A stretch of DNA of 64,000 nucleotides from Phormidesmis sp. (lineage in GTDB: Bacteria; Cyanobacteriota; Cyanobacteriia; Leptolyngbyales; Leptolyngbyaceae), in contig CBDFJR010000005.1 in assembly GCA_965248535.1 (NCBI GenBank), positions 608,001-672,000 of the forward strand, read 5' to 3'. This document shows positions 50,745 through 60,814 of this stretch, piece after piece. The translations under genes were made by a program, and so were the position numbers. The number at the start of each line of letters is the position of its first letter. The first letter of the stretch is position 1. Below the pieces are notes generated by a model that made no database searches, had not been told where the DNA came from, and saw only the letters and a list, made by a program, of their open reading frames with translations.

Positions 50745-50887
50745 ATTTGCCGATTTCTTTGACCTAAAGAGAGAGGTAAATCTCAACATTTTCTACCAAA
50801 ATTAAGTTAATAAATTATAGATAAAGACTCAACAGCAGTCAGCATCTAAAGTTGACACATCTGCAACAAGTTTTATGGGAGTTAACC

Positions 50888-51730
50888 ATGTCTAACCCTG
50901 TTAAAGAAAAAATTTCGACCGATTTAAAGCAAGTTAAAGAAGTTGGGCAACTCCGCACTGATCGAATTCGTGAAATCGTTCAAGCGGCCGTTTCTCAAGT
51001 CGCCTCGGAGTTGAAAACTGGCTCTAGTGAGCTACGATCGCTCGTCAAAGATGCCTTCACATCGGCAATTTCAGGGGTTCAAGAAGGCGGCGTACATCTC
51101 AAAGACGAAGTGACGGCTTCGGTTGAGGGCGTGATCGAGGGCATTAGTCGAGCGCGGCAAACCAAGATTTCAGAAACCGAAGCCGAAGTCAAGCGGCTTC
51201 AGTCTCAACTCGATCAAGAAGAAGACCAACTCGATCAAGATGTCGAAGCGGGTTTAGAGGGGCTGAAAGAGGCAAGCCAAGAGATGTCAGCCGAAGTTAG
51301 GGAGCAGATCGAGCAAGCGATCGAGACCATTCGCAATAGTGAGGAAGTGGCGTTACTCAAAAAACGCTATGCTCAACTTCAGACGCAGGCTGCCATCTTG
51401 AGAGCCAATCTAGCGGCGCGCAGTGAGTCTTATTACGATCGTGCTCAAGACCACTTAGAGGATGCCAAAACTTGGTATCAGCAAGCTAAACCCAAAGCAG
51501 AAGTTGCTAAAGAGCAAGCTGATCAAAAAGTCAATGAGCTTGAAACCAAACTCGGTGAAGCGGGCAGCGCTTTGGCTAAAAAAGAGCGGCAAGTCCGGGG
51601 GTTGCTGAGAGATCTACTTAAACACGCCGCAGACTCGCTTAAAGAAGGTGACAAAGAGACGACAGGGCGATCGTCGATCGAGCTACCTGCGGCTAAACAG
51701 ATTGAGATCGAGCTTGATGAGCAGCGCTAA
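50888..51730 (+). CDS. Coiled-coil hypothetical protein
   Basis: E/K/Q/A-rich, all-helical pattern; no catalytic motif. Confidence 0.75.
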   Translation: MSNPVKEKISTDLKQVKEVGQLRTDRIREIVQAAVSQVASELKTGSSELRSLVKDAFTSAISGVQEGGVHLKDEVTASVEGVIEGISRARQTKISETEAEVKRLQSQLDQEEDQLDQDVEAGLEGLKEASQEMSAEVREQIEQAIETIRNSEEVALLKKRYAQLQTQAAILRANLAARSESYYDRAQDHLEDAKTWYQQAKPKAEVAKEQADQKVNELETKLGEAGSALAKKERQVRGLLRDLLKHAADSLKEGDKETTGRSSIELPAAKQIEIELDEQR

Positions 51731-51783
51731 ATTTCAGAAATCAGGATCGAGGATTGGGGTCTAGGGGTATTGGCATAGATAAT

Positions 51784-51808
51784 GGGCACGGCATTGCCGT
51801 GCCCTTAC
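51784..51808. repeat. REP-like palindrome between convergent genes
   Basis: GGGCACGGCA-T-TGCCGTGCCC followed by TTAC (GTAA-hairpin on the minus strand, similar to GTAG-family REPs). Confidence 0.65.
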
Positions 51809-51860
51809 TTGCTGCGGTCTTGGGGAGGGGGAAGGCTTGAGAGGGGGGATTTTGTAGGCG

Positions 51861-53084
51861 CTATTTTAAGTCGGTGACGCGCCAGCTAAGTTTGAGATTG
51901 ATCCAGAAATTCCAGAAGGTGACGATCGCGATCGCCACCAGCTTGGCCGCAAATTCGTTCATGCCAAATGCGTCGTGCAGCAAACTGACGAGCAGCGCTT
52001 GCAAAATAATGCCTGCCAAACAGACGATGTTGAACTTTAAGAACCGTTTCAGGCGCTGACTCTTTTTAGGTTGTCGTTTAGACACGTCTCTAAACGTCCA
52101 TAAATCATTCCAGAGAAAGTTATTGATCACGGCTACTTCGGCCGACAAAATTGTGCTACGGGCGATCGGCAATCCCAACTGCGTCCGCAGCAGATAAAAT
52201 ACCGCCAAATCAACAAACACCCCGCTAAACCCGACTAAGCCAAACCTGAGAAACCGAGCGATCGGAAACCGCTCTCTGAGGCGCTCGATTCGTCCACGCG
52301 ATCGCAGCTTTGCCAAGTGCATCAGATATTCGACATACTGCCGCCAGGTGACTTTGCTTTCGCCTTCTTGCCGCTCTTGAAACACGTAGCCAACTTCGGC
52401 CACCTCGCGAATGTTGCCCCGACCCAAAATTTCAATCAGAATTTTGTAGCCGAGCGGATTCATCAAACAGTCGGCGATCGCGGCCCGGCGCACCATAAAA
52501 TAGCCGCTCATGGGGTCAGAGACGCGCCCAATCACCTGGGGCAAGATGATCAGCCCTAGCAGTTGAGCACCCCGCGAAAGCATTCGTCGCACAAACCCCC
52601 AATCGCTGGTGCCGCCGCCTTCAATATGCCGACTGCCCACGGCCAAGTCTGCCCCTTGCTCGATCGTCTCTAAAAGCTGAATCAACACCTCTGGAGGATG
52701 CTGCAAATCGCCGTCAATGACCCCCAACACTTGCCCAGTTGAGGCTTGCCATCCCCGAATCACCGCCGTTGATAGCCCTCGCTCGGTTTGGCGACGCATC
52801 ACCCGCAGATGGGGATGGCTCGACATGAGTTTTTGGGCAAGTTCCCAGGTGCGATCGGGGCTATCATCATCAACCACAATCAATTCGTAGTCATTAGGCA
52901 ATGCCCGATCTAACAATCGGCTGAGAATTTCAACGATCTGCCGAATGTTTTTGCCCTCATTGTAGGTAGGCACAACCAGCGAAAAGTAGACAGGTCGAGT
53001 CATCAGCAAGGGATCGGGCGTAGAAGGCACCTCTAGCGCCCCCGACGGCACAGACAAAAGCGCGTAAGATAATTCAGGTCTCAT
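51861..53084 (-). CDS. GT2 polyprenol-phosphate mannosyltransferase-like enzyme fused to a GtrA domain
   Basis: VVPTYNE, VVDDDSPDRT, DGDLQHPPE, DPMSGYF; C-terminal RFGLVG...NNFLWNDLWTF (GtrA). Confidence 0.9.
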   Translation of the reverse strand: MRPELSYALLSVPSGALEVPSTPDPLLMTRPVYFSLVVPTYNEGKNIRQIVEILSRLLDRALPNDYELIVVDDDSPDRTWELAQKLMSSHPHLRVMRRQTERGLSTAVIRGWQASTGQVLGVIDGDLQHPPEVLIQLLETIEQGADLAVGSRHIEGGGTSDWGFVRRMLSRGAQLLGLIILPQVIGRVSDPMSGYFMVRRAAIADCLMNPLGYKILIEILGRGNIREVAEVGYVFQERQEGESKVTWRQYVEYLMHLAKLRSRGRIERLRERFPIARFLRFGLVGFSGVFVDLAVFYLLRTQLGLPIARSTILSAEVAVINNFLWNDLWTFRDVSKRQPKKSQRLKRFLKFNIVCLAGIILQALLVSLLHDAFGMNEFAAKLVAIAIVTFWNFWINLKLSWRVTDLK

Positions 53085-53523
53085 AAGGCGATCGAGGCAG
53101 AGAGCAAATCCAGCTTTAAGGCTCAAGAGGCAGACCTATCCACTGGCTGATTTTTAAACCTGCTGATCCACGATCGCAAGAGCATTCTCACGATCGCATC
53201 TAGCTAAAGCATTAACAAAACGTTAAGTGCAGCGATGCCGTTAACAAAACTACTTTAAGAGAGATTCTTCCCTAAGTCACCCCTGCTGATAGAAATGTGC
53301 CCAAACGAATTGCTGAGAGATCCCCATCCAGATCCTGAGTTAAGGATGACAAATTTATGCAGAACGGTTTGATCGACGCGGGGCTATGGCAAGACATCAA
53401 TCTCTCTCTAAGCTAGGATTGTGGCGTTTGTGGCGCTAGCCAATCCTCAAGAAGTGCCTAGAAGGTTTGTAGCGCTAGCAACGGCTTCTCTTGGCTGAAT
53501 CTCTGTTCTCTCATGGTGGTGTC

Positions 53524-55152
53524 ATGCCCAAGCGCAGGTCAAAATCATCGCCTTCTGAACCTTCTGAACCCGCTCTTGCTCTGAGTCTCAAAGAAAAATT
53601 AGCGGCTAAACGTCAAGCGGCTCAGACTCGAAAAGACTTGACCAGCTTTTTGGCAATGGCGGCGATCGTCGCGATCGTGGCAGGGCTATTAATGGCGATC
53701 GTGGGAGGCATTAAAGGTGGAGTCGGGGGCGGAGTGGCCATTTTTATGCTGATGTTTTCCTTCAAATATCCCTGGCAAGCCCTCTATGCTTTTTTGATTT
53801 ATATGCCGTTTAGCGGCACGATCACCTACTCGATCGGGGGCAACAATCCCTTATTTCAGCTTGCCAAAGATGGGTTTTACTTCCCCGCGCTGATCGCCGT
53901 GATTCAGCATTGCAAGCGCTATAAGCAGCCGTTTTTGATGCCCAAAGCCTTAAAGCCTGCCTTAGGAATCTTTTTGGCTTACTGCATTTTGGTGCTGCTG
54001 TTTGTGAATGGCTCTCAGCAATTGACGGGCAATGGCTCTGAGAAACCTATATTTATGGGCATCTTGGGCATCAAAGTTTTGCTGGGCTATGTGCCTCTGA
54101 TTCCCTGTGCCTATTATTTGATTAGAAAAAAAGCGGACTTATATCGACTGATGCGAATCACGGCTGTGATCATTTTGATCTGCTGTGGCTTGGCCTTTGT
54201 TCAATACATCCTCCTCAAAACGGGCCGATGTCAGGGCACGATCGGCGAAGGAGCCGCTTTGTTTAAGGCCTCTCTCGAAGCGAGATGTTTTGTGGGTGGA
54301 TCGCTGCTCTATAACGAAGATCAGGGCGTGATTCGGCTCCCTGGCACGTTTGTTGCGCCCTGGCAGTGGGGATGGTTTCTGATCTCTAGTGCCTTTTTTA
54401 GCTTCTCAGTCGCCTTTATGGATCCATCTTTTTTATGGCGCGGAGTCGGGTTAGGCTCAATGGCAGCAACCCTAGTTCTCGCGGTGGTTTCAGGTCAGAG
54501 AATTGCGCTGCTGCTAGTGCCGATCGTGATGGTAATTTTGCTGATTACCACGGGTCAAGTGGTCAATTTGAAGCGATTTATTCCGATCGCGCTGGTGTTG
54601 GGTCTGCTCGTGGGCGGAGTGGTGGTATCAAATCCAACGGTGGTGCAAGAACGCTGGACTAGCGCGGTTGAACGCTGGAACGCTTCGCCGCCTACTGATT
54701 TTATCGCCGGACAGTTTTCTGACTTCTCAGATAATGGCAAGTCAAGCGTTTTGGGCAGGGGGCTGGGGCGAGCGACTAACTCGGCGCGGGCGTTAGGGCA
54801 AACCGCCTTGATTGAAACTTATTATCCCAAGCTGATATTTGAGATCGGCCCGATCGGGGCGTTCTTATTTCTAGCGCTGGTGACGACGTTGACGGTTGCG
54901 ACGTTTAAAGCCTATCGATCGGTGCGTGATAAGAGTCTGCGAGGCTATGGGGCGGCGTTTTGGACGTTTGTGCTCGTGATCAGCTACAACACTTACTATT
55001 ACCCTCTAGATGTCGATCCGGTGGCGGTTTATTATTGGTTTTTTGCTGGGATCGTGTTGAAACTGCCTGTTTTGGATCGGCAAGAGCCAACGGCGATCGT
55101 AGACTCTTCCGCTAAAAAGAAGGCTCGACGAGCGATCGTTCCAGATGCTTAA
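53524..55152 (+). CDS. hpsL: Hormogonium polysaccharide biosynthesis protein HpsL-like (O-antigen ligase/Wzy-like)
   Basis: LSLKEKLA.KR start, RLPGTFVAPWQW, SGQRIA, GLGRATNSAR, YYYPLDVDPV. Confidence 0.75.
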   Translation: MPKRRSKSSPSEPSEPALALSLKEKLAAKRQAAQTRKDLTSFLAMAAIVAIVAGLLMAIVGGIKGGVGGGVAIFMLMFSFKYPWQALYAFLIYMPFSGTITYSIGGNNPLFQLAKDGFYFPALIAVIQHCKRYKQPFLMPKALKPALGIFLAYCILVLLFVNGSQQLTGNGSEKPIFMGILGIKVLLGYVPLIPCAYYLIRKKADLYRLMRITAVIILICCGLAFVQYILLKTGRCQGTIGEGAALFKASLEARCFVGGSLLYNEDQGVIRLPGTFVAPWQWGWFLISSAFFSFSVAFMDPSFLWRGVGLGSMAATLVLAVVSGQRIALLLVPIVMVILLITTGQVVNLKRFIPIALVLGLLVGGVVVSNPTVVQERWTSAVERWNASPPTDFIAGQFSDFSDNGKSSVLGRGLGRATNSARALGQTALIETYYPKLIFEIGPIGAFLFLALVTTLTVATFKAYRSVRDKSLRGYGAAFWTFVLVISYNTYYYPLDVDPVAVYYWFFAGIVLKLPVLDRQEPTAIVDSSAKKKARRAIVPDA

Positions 55153-55290
55153 GATCGTGGATTAAATGCCCTGGAAAAGTCCTCTGATTGGTCAGCGCCG
55201 AGATGTTAGGGGGCTAAAGCTGACCGAAACGCAGCGACCAAGACGGGTGTGTGCACCGGATGAGTGGGGATAAGTGAGCTATGGGACTTG

Positions 55291-55974
55291 TTAATTGAAA
55301 GACTCAGATTGACCCAACCGGGCGGCGGTGGTTCGCAAGGTTTGCAATCCTTTTAATGAGCCGCGAATCAGGTTTAGGGCGGCGATCGGTTGCCGCATCA
55401 TTGCGATCGCCAGCGGCCACGATCGTAGAGAACCTTCGGGGCTGAGGGCCGCCGACAGATCGGGTAAATCATGATCTAGGTCATCACTGACAACTCTCAG
55501 CATGGCGATCGGGCATCCAGTCAGCGCCAAAACCTCTAAAATCGCTGATCCTTCCATATCCACCACGTCAGCTTGATGACGTGATCCCAAAATTTGCTTT
55601 TCTTGAGCGGATGTGATGATGCGATCGCTCGTAAACGCCCGCACGAGCGAAATATTTTCCTGCAACTGCTGAATTTGAGTCGTCAGGGTGGGATCACACT
55701 CCCAAACGGTGCCCGATTCATCCAAGCAAGTCTGATAGAGCACCCGATCGCCGAGACCTAACAAGGGTGTAAGACTGCCGCACAGGCCCATGACCACAAT
55801 GCCCGACGGGCGAACAGCAGCAAAGGTAGGCGATCGCAGCCACTGGGTTAAAAATTGAGTGACTGGCTTGACCCCGATCGGCAGCGAGATCACTGGGGGT
55901 GGATTTTTGAGGTGCTTTAAACCCTGACAGACGGCTCGATGTTCTGCACCTTGAGGGACGAAGAAAGTCAGCAA
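55291..55974 (-). CDS. Purine nucleoside phosphorylase-family protein (HpnG-like)
   Basis: VPQGAE, GLCGSL, TSDR, VVDMEG, RVVSD; divergent from the hopanoid operon; start uncertain (TTG at 55974 assumed). Confidence 0.72.
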   Translation of the reverse strand: MLTFFVPQGAEHRAVCQGLKHLKNPPPVISLPIGVKPVTQFLTQWLRSPTFAAVRPSGIVVMGLCGSLTPLLGLGDRVLYQTCLDESGTVWECDPTLTTQIQQLQENISLVRAFTSDRIITSAQEKQILGSRHQADVVDMEGSAILEVLALTGCPIAMLRVVSDDLDHDLPDLSAALSPEGSLRSWPLAIAMMRQPIAALNLIRGSLKGLQTLRTTAARLGQSESFN

Positions 55975-56133
55975 AAGAGAAACGATGATAGAAAGAACTA
56001 AATCACTAACCTGAGGAAGGTTTGCAGTAGCCTGGATAAGAACCGAAATTATTGACGGTAGAATTACCGTCTGGGTTCGTGAAGCTCTAAAAAACCGCTC
56101 CTGCCTGCCGCATTTACTACCGAACAGTTCAAT

Positions 56134-58740
56134 ATGGTACAGCCAAATCGCAATCATTCCTCACGGGAGCGCTTCAATATTTCTCGACTGGCGATCGCCG
56201 CCCCTTGGCTCACTCTAAGCTTTTGGCTGGCGGTGACGGTGGCGGGCATCTTAGCCTTTAGCTCTCTCAAATATGCGCTGTTTCCTGATATTGCCTTTCC
56301 GGTGGTGGTGGTGAATGCTAGCGCGCCTCTAGCCACTGCCCTTGAGACCGAACGACAACTCACCCAGCCGATCGAGCAGACCCTACGATCGCTGCCCGGT
56401 TTAGATAACAGTCAGTCTTCGACCTATCCCAGTCAGGCGGCGGTGAGCGTGTCGTTTAAAGTCGGGACGAGTCTTGAAACAGCAACTCGCGACGTTGAGA
56501 GGCTGATGAAAACGGTGACGTTGCCCAAAAATGGGACGTTTAAGGTGATCTCGCTGAACTTGAATGAGTCAGCGGCGGTCAGCTATGTGATTGACAGTCC
56601 AGCGCGGAGTTTAGCTGACTTGACCAGCGTTGCAACAGACAAAATTGTGCCTGCGATCGCCAAATTGCCTGGCGTGCTCAAAGTCTCGCTGTTAGGAACT
56701 GGAGGAGCCGCTTCAACGCCCGATCAGCCCTCTGCGACTCCGGCTCAAGCGGGAACCTTGGCGCGATTTAATGGAGCCGATGTGCTGGCATTACAGGTGA
56801 TCAAGCGGGGCGATGCCAACACCCTCGAAGTCGTGAGCGCGGTTGAGACGGCAGTAACACAACTGCGGTCTAGTCAGCCTGGCGTAAATTTAACCCTGGC
56901 CGCGACCCAGGCAGACTATATCCAAAAGGCAACTCAATCGACGATCGATGCGCTAATTGAAGCGATCGCCCTGGCCGTGATTGTGATTTTCCCGTTTTTA
57001 AGAAGCTGGCAGGCAACGCTGATTTCGGCCCTGGCCATTCCCATCTCGCTGCTGGGGACGTTTATCGTCATGGCGATCTTTGGGTTTAACCTAGAGACGA
57101 TTACGCTGCTGGCGCTGGCGCTCGTGATTGGCAGCGTGGTGGATGATGCGATCGTCGATGTCGAAAATATTAGCCGTCACATTGACCAAGGTGAATCCCC
57201 CAAACAAGCTGCTCTGCACGCCACTGACGAAATCGGGCTACCTGTGACGGCTGCGACTTTAACGGCGGTGGCGGTGTTTTTGCCGATCGGGTTAATGGGC
57301 GGCGTGATCGGACAGTTTTTTAAACCCTTTGGGATCACAGTTGCGGCTTCGATGTTGACCTCGCTGCTGGTGGCGCGCACCCTGTCGCCCGTCTTGTCAC
57401 TCTATTTGCTCCGACCGAAGCCTTTAGGCGCTCACAAAACGGGCGCGATTTGGGCTAGGTTTTCGGCGGCTTATGGGCGACTGTTAGCGTGGTCGCTGCG
57501 CCATCGGGCGGCCGTTATCGGAATCGCCCTTTTCAGCTTTGTGGCAGGCATTGCGCTGATTCCGCTAATCCCGCAGGGGTTTATTCCGAAGCTCGATCGG
57601 GGCGAATTCTATGTTCGCTACACGGCTCCGCTGCCTGACCAAACCGCGACTCCCACCAATCCGCTCACAGCATCGCAAGCAGTGGCAAAACAGCTAGAAG
57701 ATCAAGTGCGAAAATCGCCGGATGTTGAAACGGTGTTTACGATCGTCGGCTCCCGCGAAGGAGAACCCAACAAAGGCACTCTCTACGTGAAGTTAAAAAA
57801 TGATCACGCCACCCCCACGGCCAAGCTGCAAGACCAAATCCGGGCAACATTGCCCAATTTAGCAGGGGTGACCACCAGCGTAGAAGATATTCCTTTTGTC
57901 GAGGCGGCTAGTCAAAAGCCTTTGCAGATTGCGATTCAGGGCGAAGATTTGACGGTGCTAAGTCGAGTGGCCAATGACCTGAAAGTCAACGTGCAGAAGC
58001 TCCCCGGTTTTGCTGATGTCACCGTCACGGGGGCAATGGGGGCAGAGATTCAGCAAATTGAGCGCAAAGATGGTCAACGAGTGGTTTATGTCAGCGCTAA
58101 TCTGGGCAAAGACTTGGCGTTAGGGGATGCGACCACGACGATCGTCAAAGAAGCCAAAGCCTTGATTCCGCCCGGAGTCACCCTTGATTTAGGCGGCGAC
58201 TCTGCCACGAGCAGCCAGATTTTTGGCAGTTTTGGGTCTACGTTAGCGTTGTCGGCGCTGTGCATTATTGTGGTTCTAGTAGCATTGTTTCGCAGTTGGG
58301 TCGATCCGCTGGTCGTCGGACTCTCATTACCGTTAGCGTTAGTCGGCGCAATGTTGGCGCTGCTATTCACTCAAAGTGATTTTGGCATGATTTCCCTGAT
58401 CGGTTTTGTGTTTCTCTTGGGATTAACCACTAAGAATGCGATCTTGATTGTGGATTATATTAACCAATTACGGCGAGACGGCTTAGCGCGGACAGAAGCT
58501 ATTCTCAAAGCTGGGCCGATTCGCCTCAGACCGATTTTGATGACGACGGCGGCGACGATTTTAGGCATGGCTCCGATCGCTCTCGGTTTAGGTGCAGGCT
58601 CAGAGTTGCGATCGCCGATGGCCATCTCGATCGCAGGCGGATTGGTCACCTCCACCCTACTCAGTTTGCTGGTTGTTCCGGTTGTCTACACTCTGCTGGA
58701 TGATCTCAAACCCCGTCACCGCGAGGCAAAGAAGTCATGA
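56134..58740 (+). CDS. Short (868 aa) AcrB-type RND transporter
   Basis: ALFPDIAFP, IGSVVDDAIVDVENI, KNAILIVD, RLRPILMTT. Confidence 0.9.
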   Translation: MVQPNRNHSSRERFNISRLAIAAPWLTLSFWLAVTVAGILAFSSLKYALFPDIAFPVVVVNASAPLATALETERQLTQPIEQTLRSLPGLDNSQSSTYPSQAAVSVSFKVGTSLETATRDVERLMKTVTLPKNGTFKVISLNLNESAAVSYVIDSPARSLADLTSVATDKIVPAIAKLPGVLKVSLLGTGGAASTPDQPSATPAQAGTLARFNGADVLALQVIKRGDANTLEVVSAVETAVTQLRSSQPGVNLTLAATQADYIQKATQSTIDALIEAIALAVIVIFPFLRSWQATLISALAIPISLLGTFIVMAIFGFNLETITLLALALVIGSVVDDAIVDVENISRHIDQGESPKQAALHATDEIGLPVTAATLTAVAVFLPIGLMGGVIGQFFKPFGITVAASMLTSLLVARTLSPVLSLYLLRPKPLGAHKTGAIWARFSAAYGRLLAWSLRHRAAVIGIALFSFVAGIALIPLIPQGFIPKLDRGEFYVRYTAPLPDQTATPTNPLTASQAVAKQLEDQVRKSPDVETVFTIVGSREGEPNKGTLYVKLKNDHATPTAKLQDQIRATLPNLAGVTTSVEDIPFVEAASQKPLQIAIQGEDLTVLSRVANDLKVNVQKLPGFADVTVTGAMGAEIQQIERKDGQRVVYVSANLGKDLALGDATTTIVKEAKALIPPGVTLDLGGDSATSSQIFGSFGSTLALSALCIIVVLVALFRSWVDPLVVGLSLPLALVGAMLALLFTQSDFGMISLIGFVFLLGLTTKNAILIVDYINQLRRDGLARTEAILKAGPIRLRPILMTTAATILGMAPIALGLGAGSELRSPMAISIAGGLVTSTLLSLLVVPVVYTLLDDLKPRHREAKKS

Positions 58741-59729
58741 CGAAAGCATTTGTGACGGGCGGAACGGGCTTTGTTGGCGCTAATTTAGTCCGGCTGTTGC
58801 TAAAAGAAGGCTATCAAGTTCGGGCATTGGTGCGACCCGATAGCCGACTCGATAACCTCAACGGACTCGACGTTGAACTTGTTGAAGGTGATTTAACCGA
58901 TCCCGCTTTAGCAGCCCAGATCAAAGGCTGTGAAGTCTTATTTCACGTTGCGGCGCACTATTCGCTGTGGCAGACCGATCGCGATCGCCTCTATCAAGCC
59001 AACGTTTTAGGCACTCGAAATATTCTGGCGGCCGCTCGTCAAGCGGGAATCGAGCGCAGCGTTTACACCAGTTCGGTAGCGGCGATCGGGGTCGGCGATC
59101 GCAGCCAACCTGTTGACGAAACCCACCAATCCCCAGTCGAAACCCTAATCGGACATTACAAAAAATCAAAATATTGGGCAGAGCAAGAAGCCGTCAAAGC
59201 CTATCAAGCCGGGCAAGATGTGGTGATTGTGAATCCCAGCACTCCGATCGGGGCCTGGGATCTCAAACCCACCCCCACTGGAGAAGATCTGATTTTGCGA
59301 ATGCTGCGGCGAAAAATGCCCGCCTATGTCGAGACAGGCTTGAACTTCATTCACGTAGAAGACGTTGCCCAGGGTCATTTGCTGGCATTGCAGAAAGGAA
59401 AAAGCGGCGATCGCTACATTTTAGGTCACCAAAATCTCACGCTGAAACAACTGCTTGACCAACTCAGTCAACTAACCGGACTGCCCGCCCCAACCCGATC
59501 GATTCCGGCATGGATTCCTCTCAGCGTCGCCTGGGTCGATGAACGGATTTTGGCCCCGATCGGCAAACCGCCCAGCCTTGCGATCGATGGCGTGAAGATG
59601 TCTCAACACCCGATGTACTACGATGCAACAAAAGCCGTGCGCGAATTGGGGCTTCCCCAAACCCCCATCTACACCGCTTTAAAAGATGCCGTAGACTGGT
59701 TTGTATCGAAGGGCTATGTGCAACGTTGA
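58737..59729 (+). CDS. hpnA: Hopanoid-associated sugar epimerase
   Basis: GGTGFVG, YKKSK, NPSTPIG..D.KPTPTG; ATGA coupling to the RND gene; next to hpnH. Confidence 0.88.
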   Translation: MTKAFVTGGTGFVGANLVRLLLKEGYQVRALVRPDSRLDNLNGLDVELVEGDLTDPALAAQIKGCEVLFHVAAHYSLWQTDRDRLYQANVLGTRNILAAARQAGIERSVYTSSVAAIGVGDRSQPVDETHQSPVETLIGHYKKSKYWAEQEAVKAYQAGQDVVIVNPSTPIGAWDLKPTPTGEDLILRMLRRKMPAYVETGLNFIHVEDVAQGHLLALQKGKSGDRYILGHQNLTLKQLLDQLSQLTGLPAPTRSIPAWIPLSVAWVDERILAPIGKPPSLAIDGVKMSQHPMYYDATKAVRELGLPQTPIYTALKDAVDWFVSKGYVQR

Positions 59730-59746
59730 GGAGAACAGGAAGACTG

Positions 59747-60763
59747 ATGGCAATTCAATTACAGCAAGCGATCGAAGTTGGCAAATATCTCGTGATGCAG
59801 CGTCTCAGAGGGCGCAAGCGCTTTCCATTAACGCTGATGTTAGAGCCACTGTTTCGGTGCAATCTAGCTTGCTCTGGGTGCGGAAAAATTCAACATCCGA
59901 CTGAGATTCTCAAGCAAAACATGACTCCTGAGCAGTGCTTTGCCGCCGTTGAAGAATGCGGTGCGCCTGTGGTGGCGATTCCGGGCGGTGAGCCGCTCTT
60001 GCACCCTCAAATTGACGAAATTGTGCGCGGGTTAGTGGCCCGCAAAAAGTTTGTCTATCTCTGCACCAACGGCATTCTGCTAGAAAAGAGTCTCGCTAAA
60101 TTCACGCCGTCGCCTTATTTGACCTTTAGCATTCACCTCGACGGCTTGCAGGAACTGCACGATAAATGCGTCGATCGTAAGGGCGTGTTTGAAACGGCAA
60201 TCAAAGCGATCAAAGCCGCCAAAGCCAGTGGCTTCCGTGTCACGACCAACACGACGATTTTTGAGGGAACTGACCCCAAAGAGATGCAGGATTTCTTCGA
60301 CTATCTCGACACCCTCAACATCGACGGCATGATGGTGTCTCCGGGCTATAGCTACGAGTGGGCACCCAACCAAGACCATTTTCTCAAGCTCGAACAGACC
60401 AAATCTCTGTTTAGAGAAATCTTAGCCCCGATGAAAACCGGGCAGAAAAAGTGGAATTTTAACCACAATCCGCTATTTCTAGATTTTCTGATTGGCGAAA
60501 AAGACTATGAGTGCACCCCTTGGGGAATGCCCAGCTATAGCGTTCTCGGTTGGCAAAAACCCTGCTATTTGCTCAACGAAGGACACTACACCACTTACAA
60601 GGAACTGCTGGCCAAAACCGACTGGGATCAATACGGTCGCAAGAGCGGCAACCCTAGCTGTGCCGATTGCATGGTGCACTGTGGCTATGAGCCAACCGCC
60701 GCCATGGACTCGATGCAGCCTGAGAATATCGGCCGCTCGATCGGGGCCGTCTTTGGCACCTAA
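59747..60763 (+). CDS. hpnH: Adenosylhopane-forming radical SAM enzyme
   Basis: [18 protein letters not shown] (CxxxCxxC), [26 protein letters not shown]. Confidence 0.93.
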   Translation: MAIQLQQAIEVGKYLVMQRLRGRKRFPLTLMLEPLFRCNLACSGCGKIQHPTEILKQNMTPEQCFAAVEECGAPVVAIPGGEPLLHPQIDEIVRGLVARKKFVYLCTNGILLEKSLAKFTPSPYLTFSIHLDGLQELHDKCVDRKGVFETAIKAIKAAKASGFRVTTNTTIFEGTDPKEMQDFFDYLDTLNIDGMMVSPGYSYEWAPNQDHFLKLEQTKSLFREILAPMKTGQKKWNFNHNPLFLDFLIGEKDYECTPWGMPSYSVLGWQKPCYLLNEGHYTTYKELLAKTDWDQYGRKSGNPSCADCMVHCGYEPTAAMDSMQPENIGRSIGAVFGT

Positions 60764-60814
60764 GAAAAAAGGGTGTAGGGTAGAAAGCGTCTTTTTTAAT
60801 GGCATTCACTGCCC

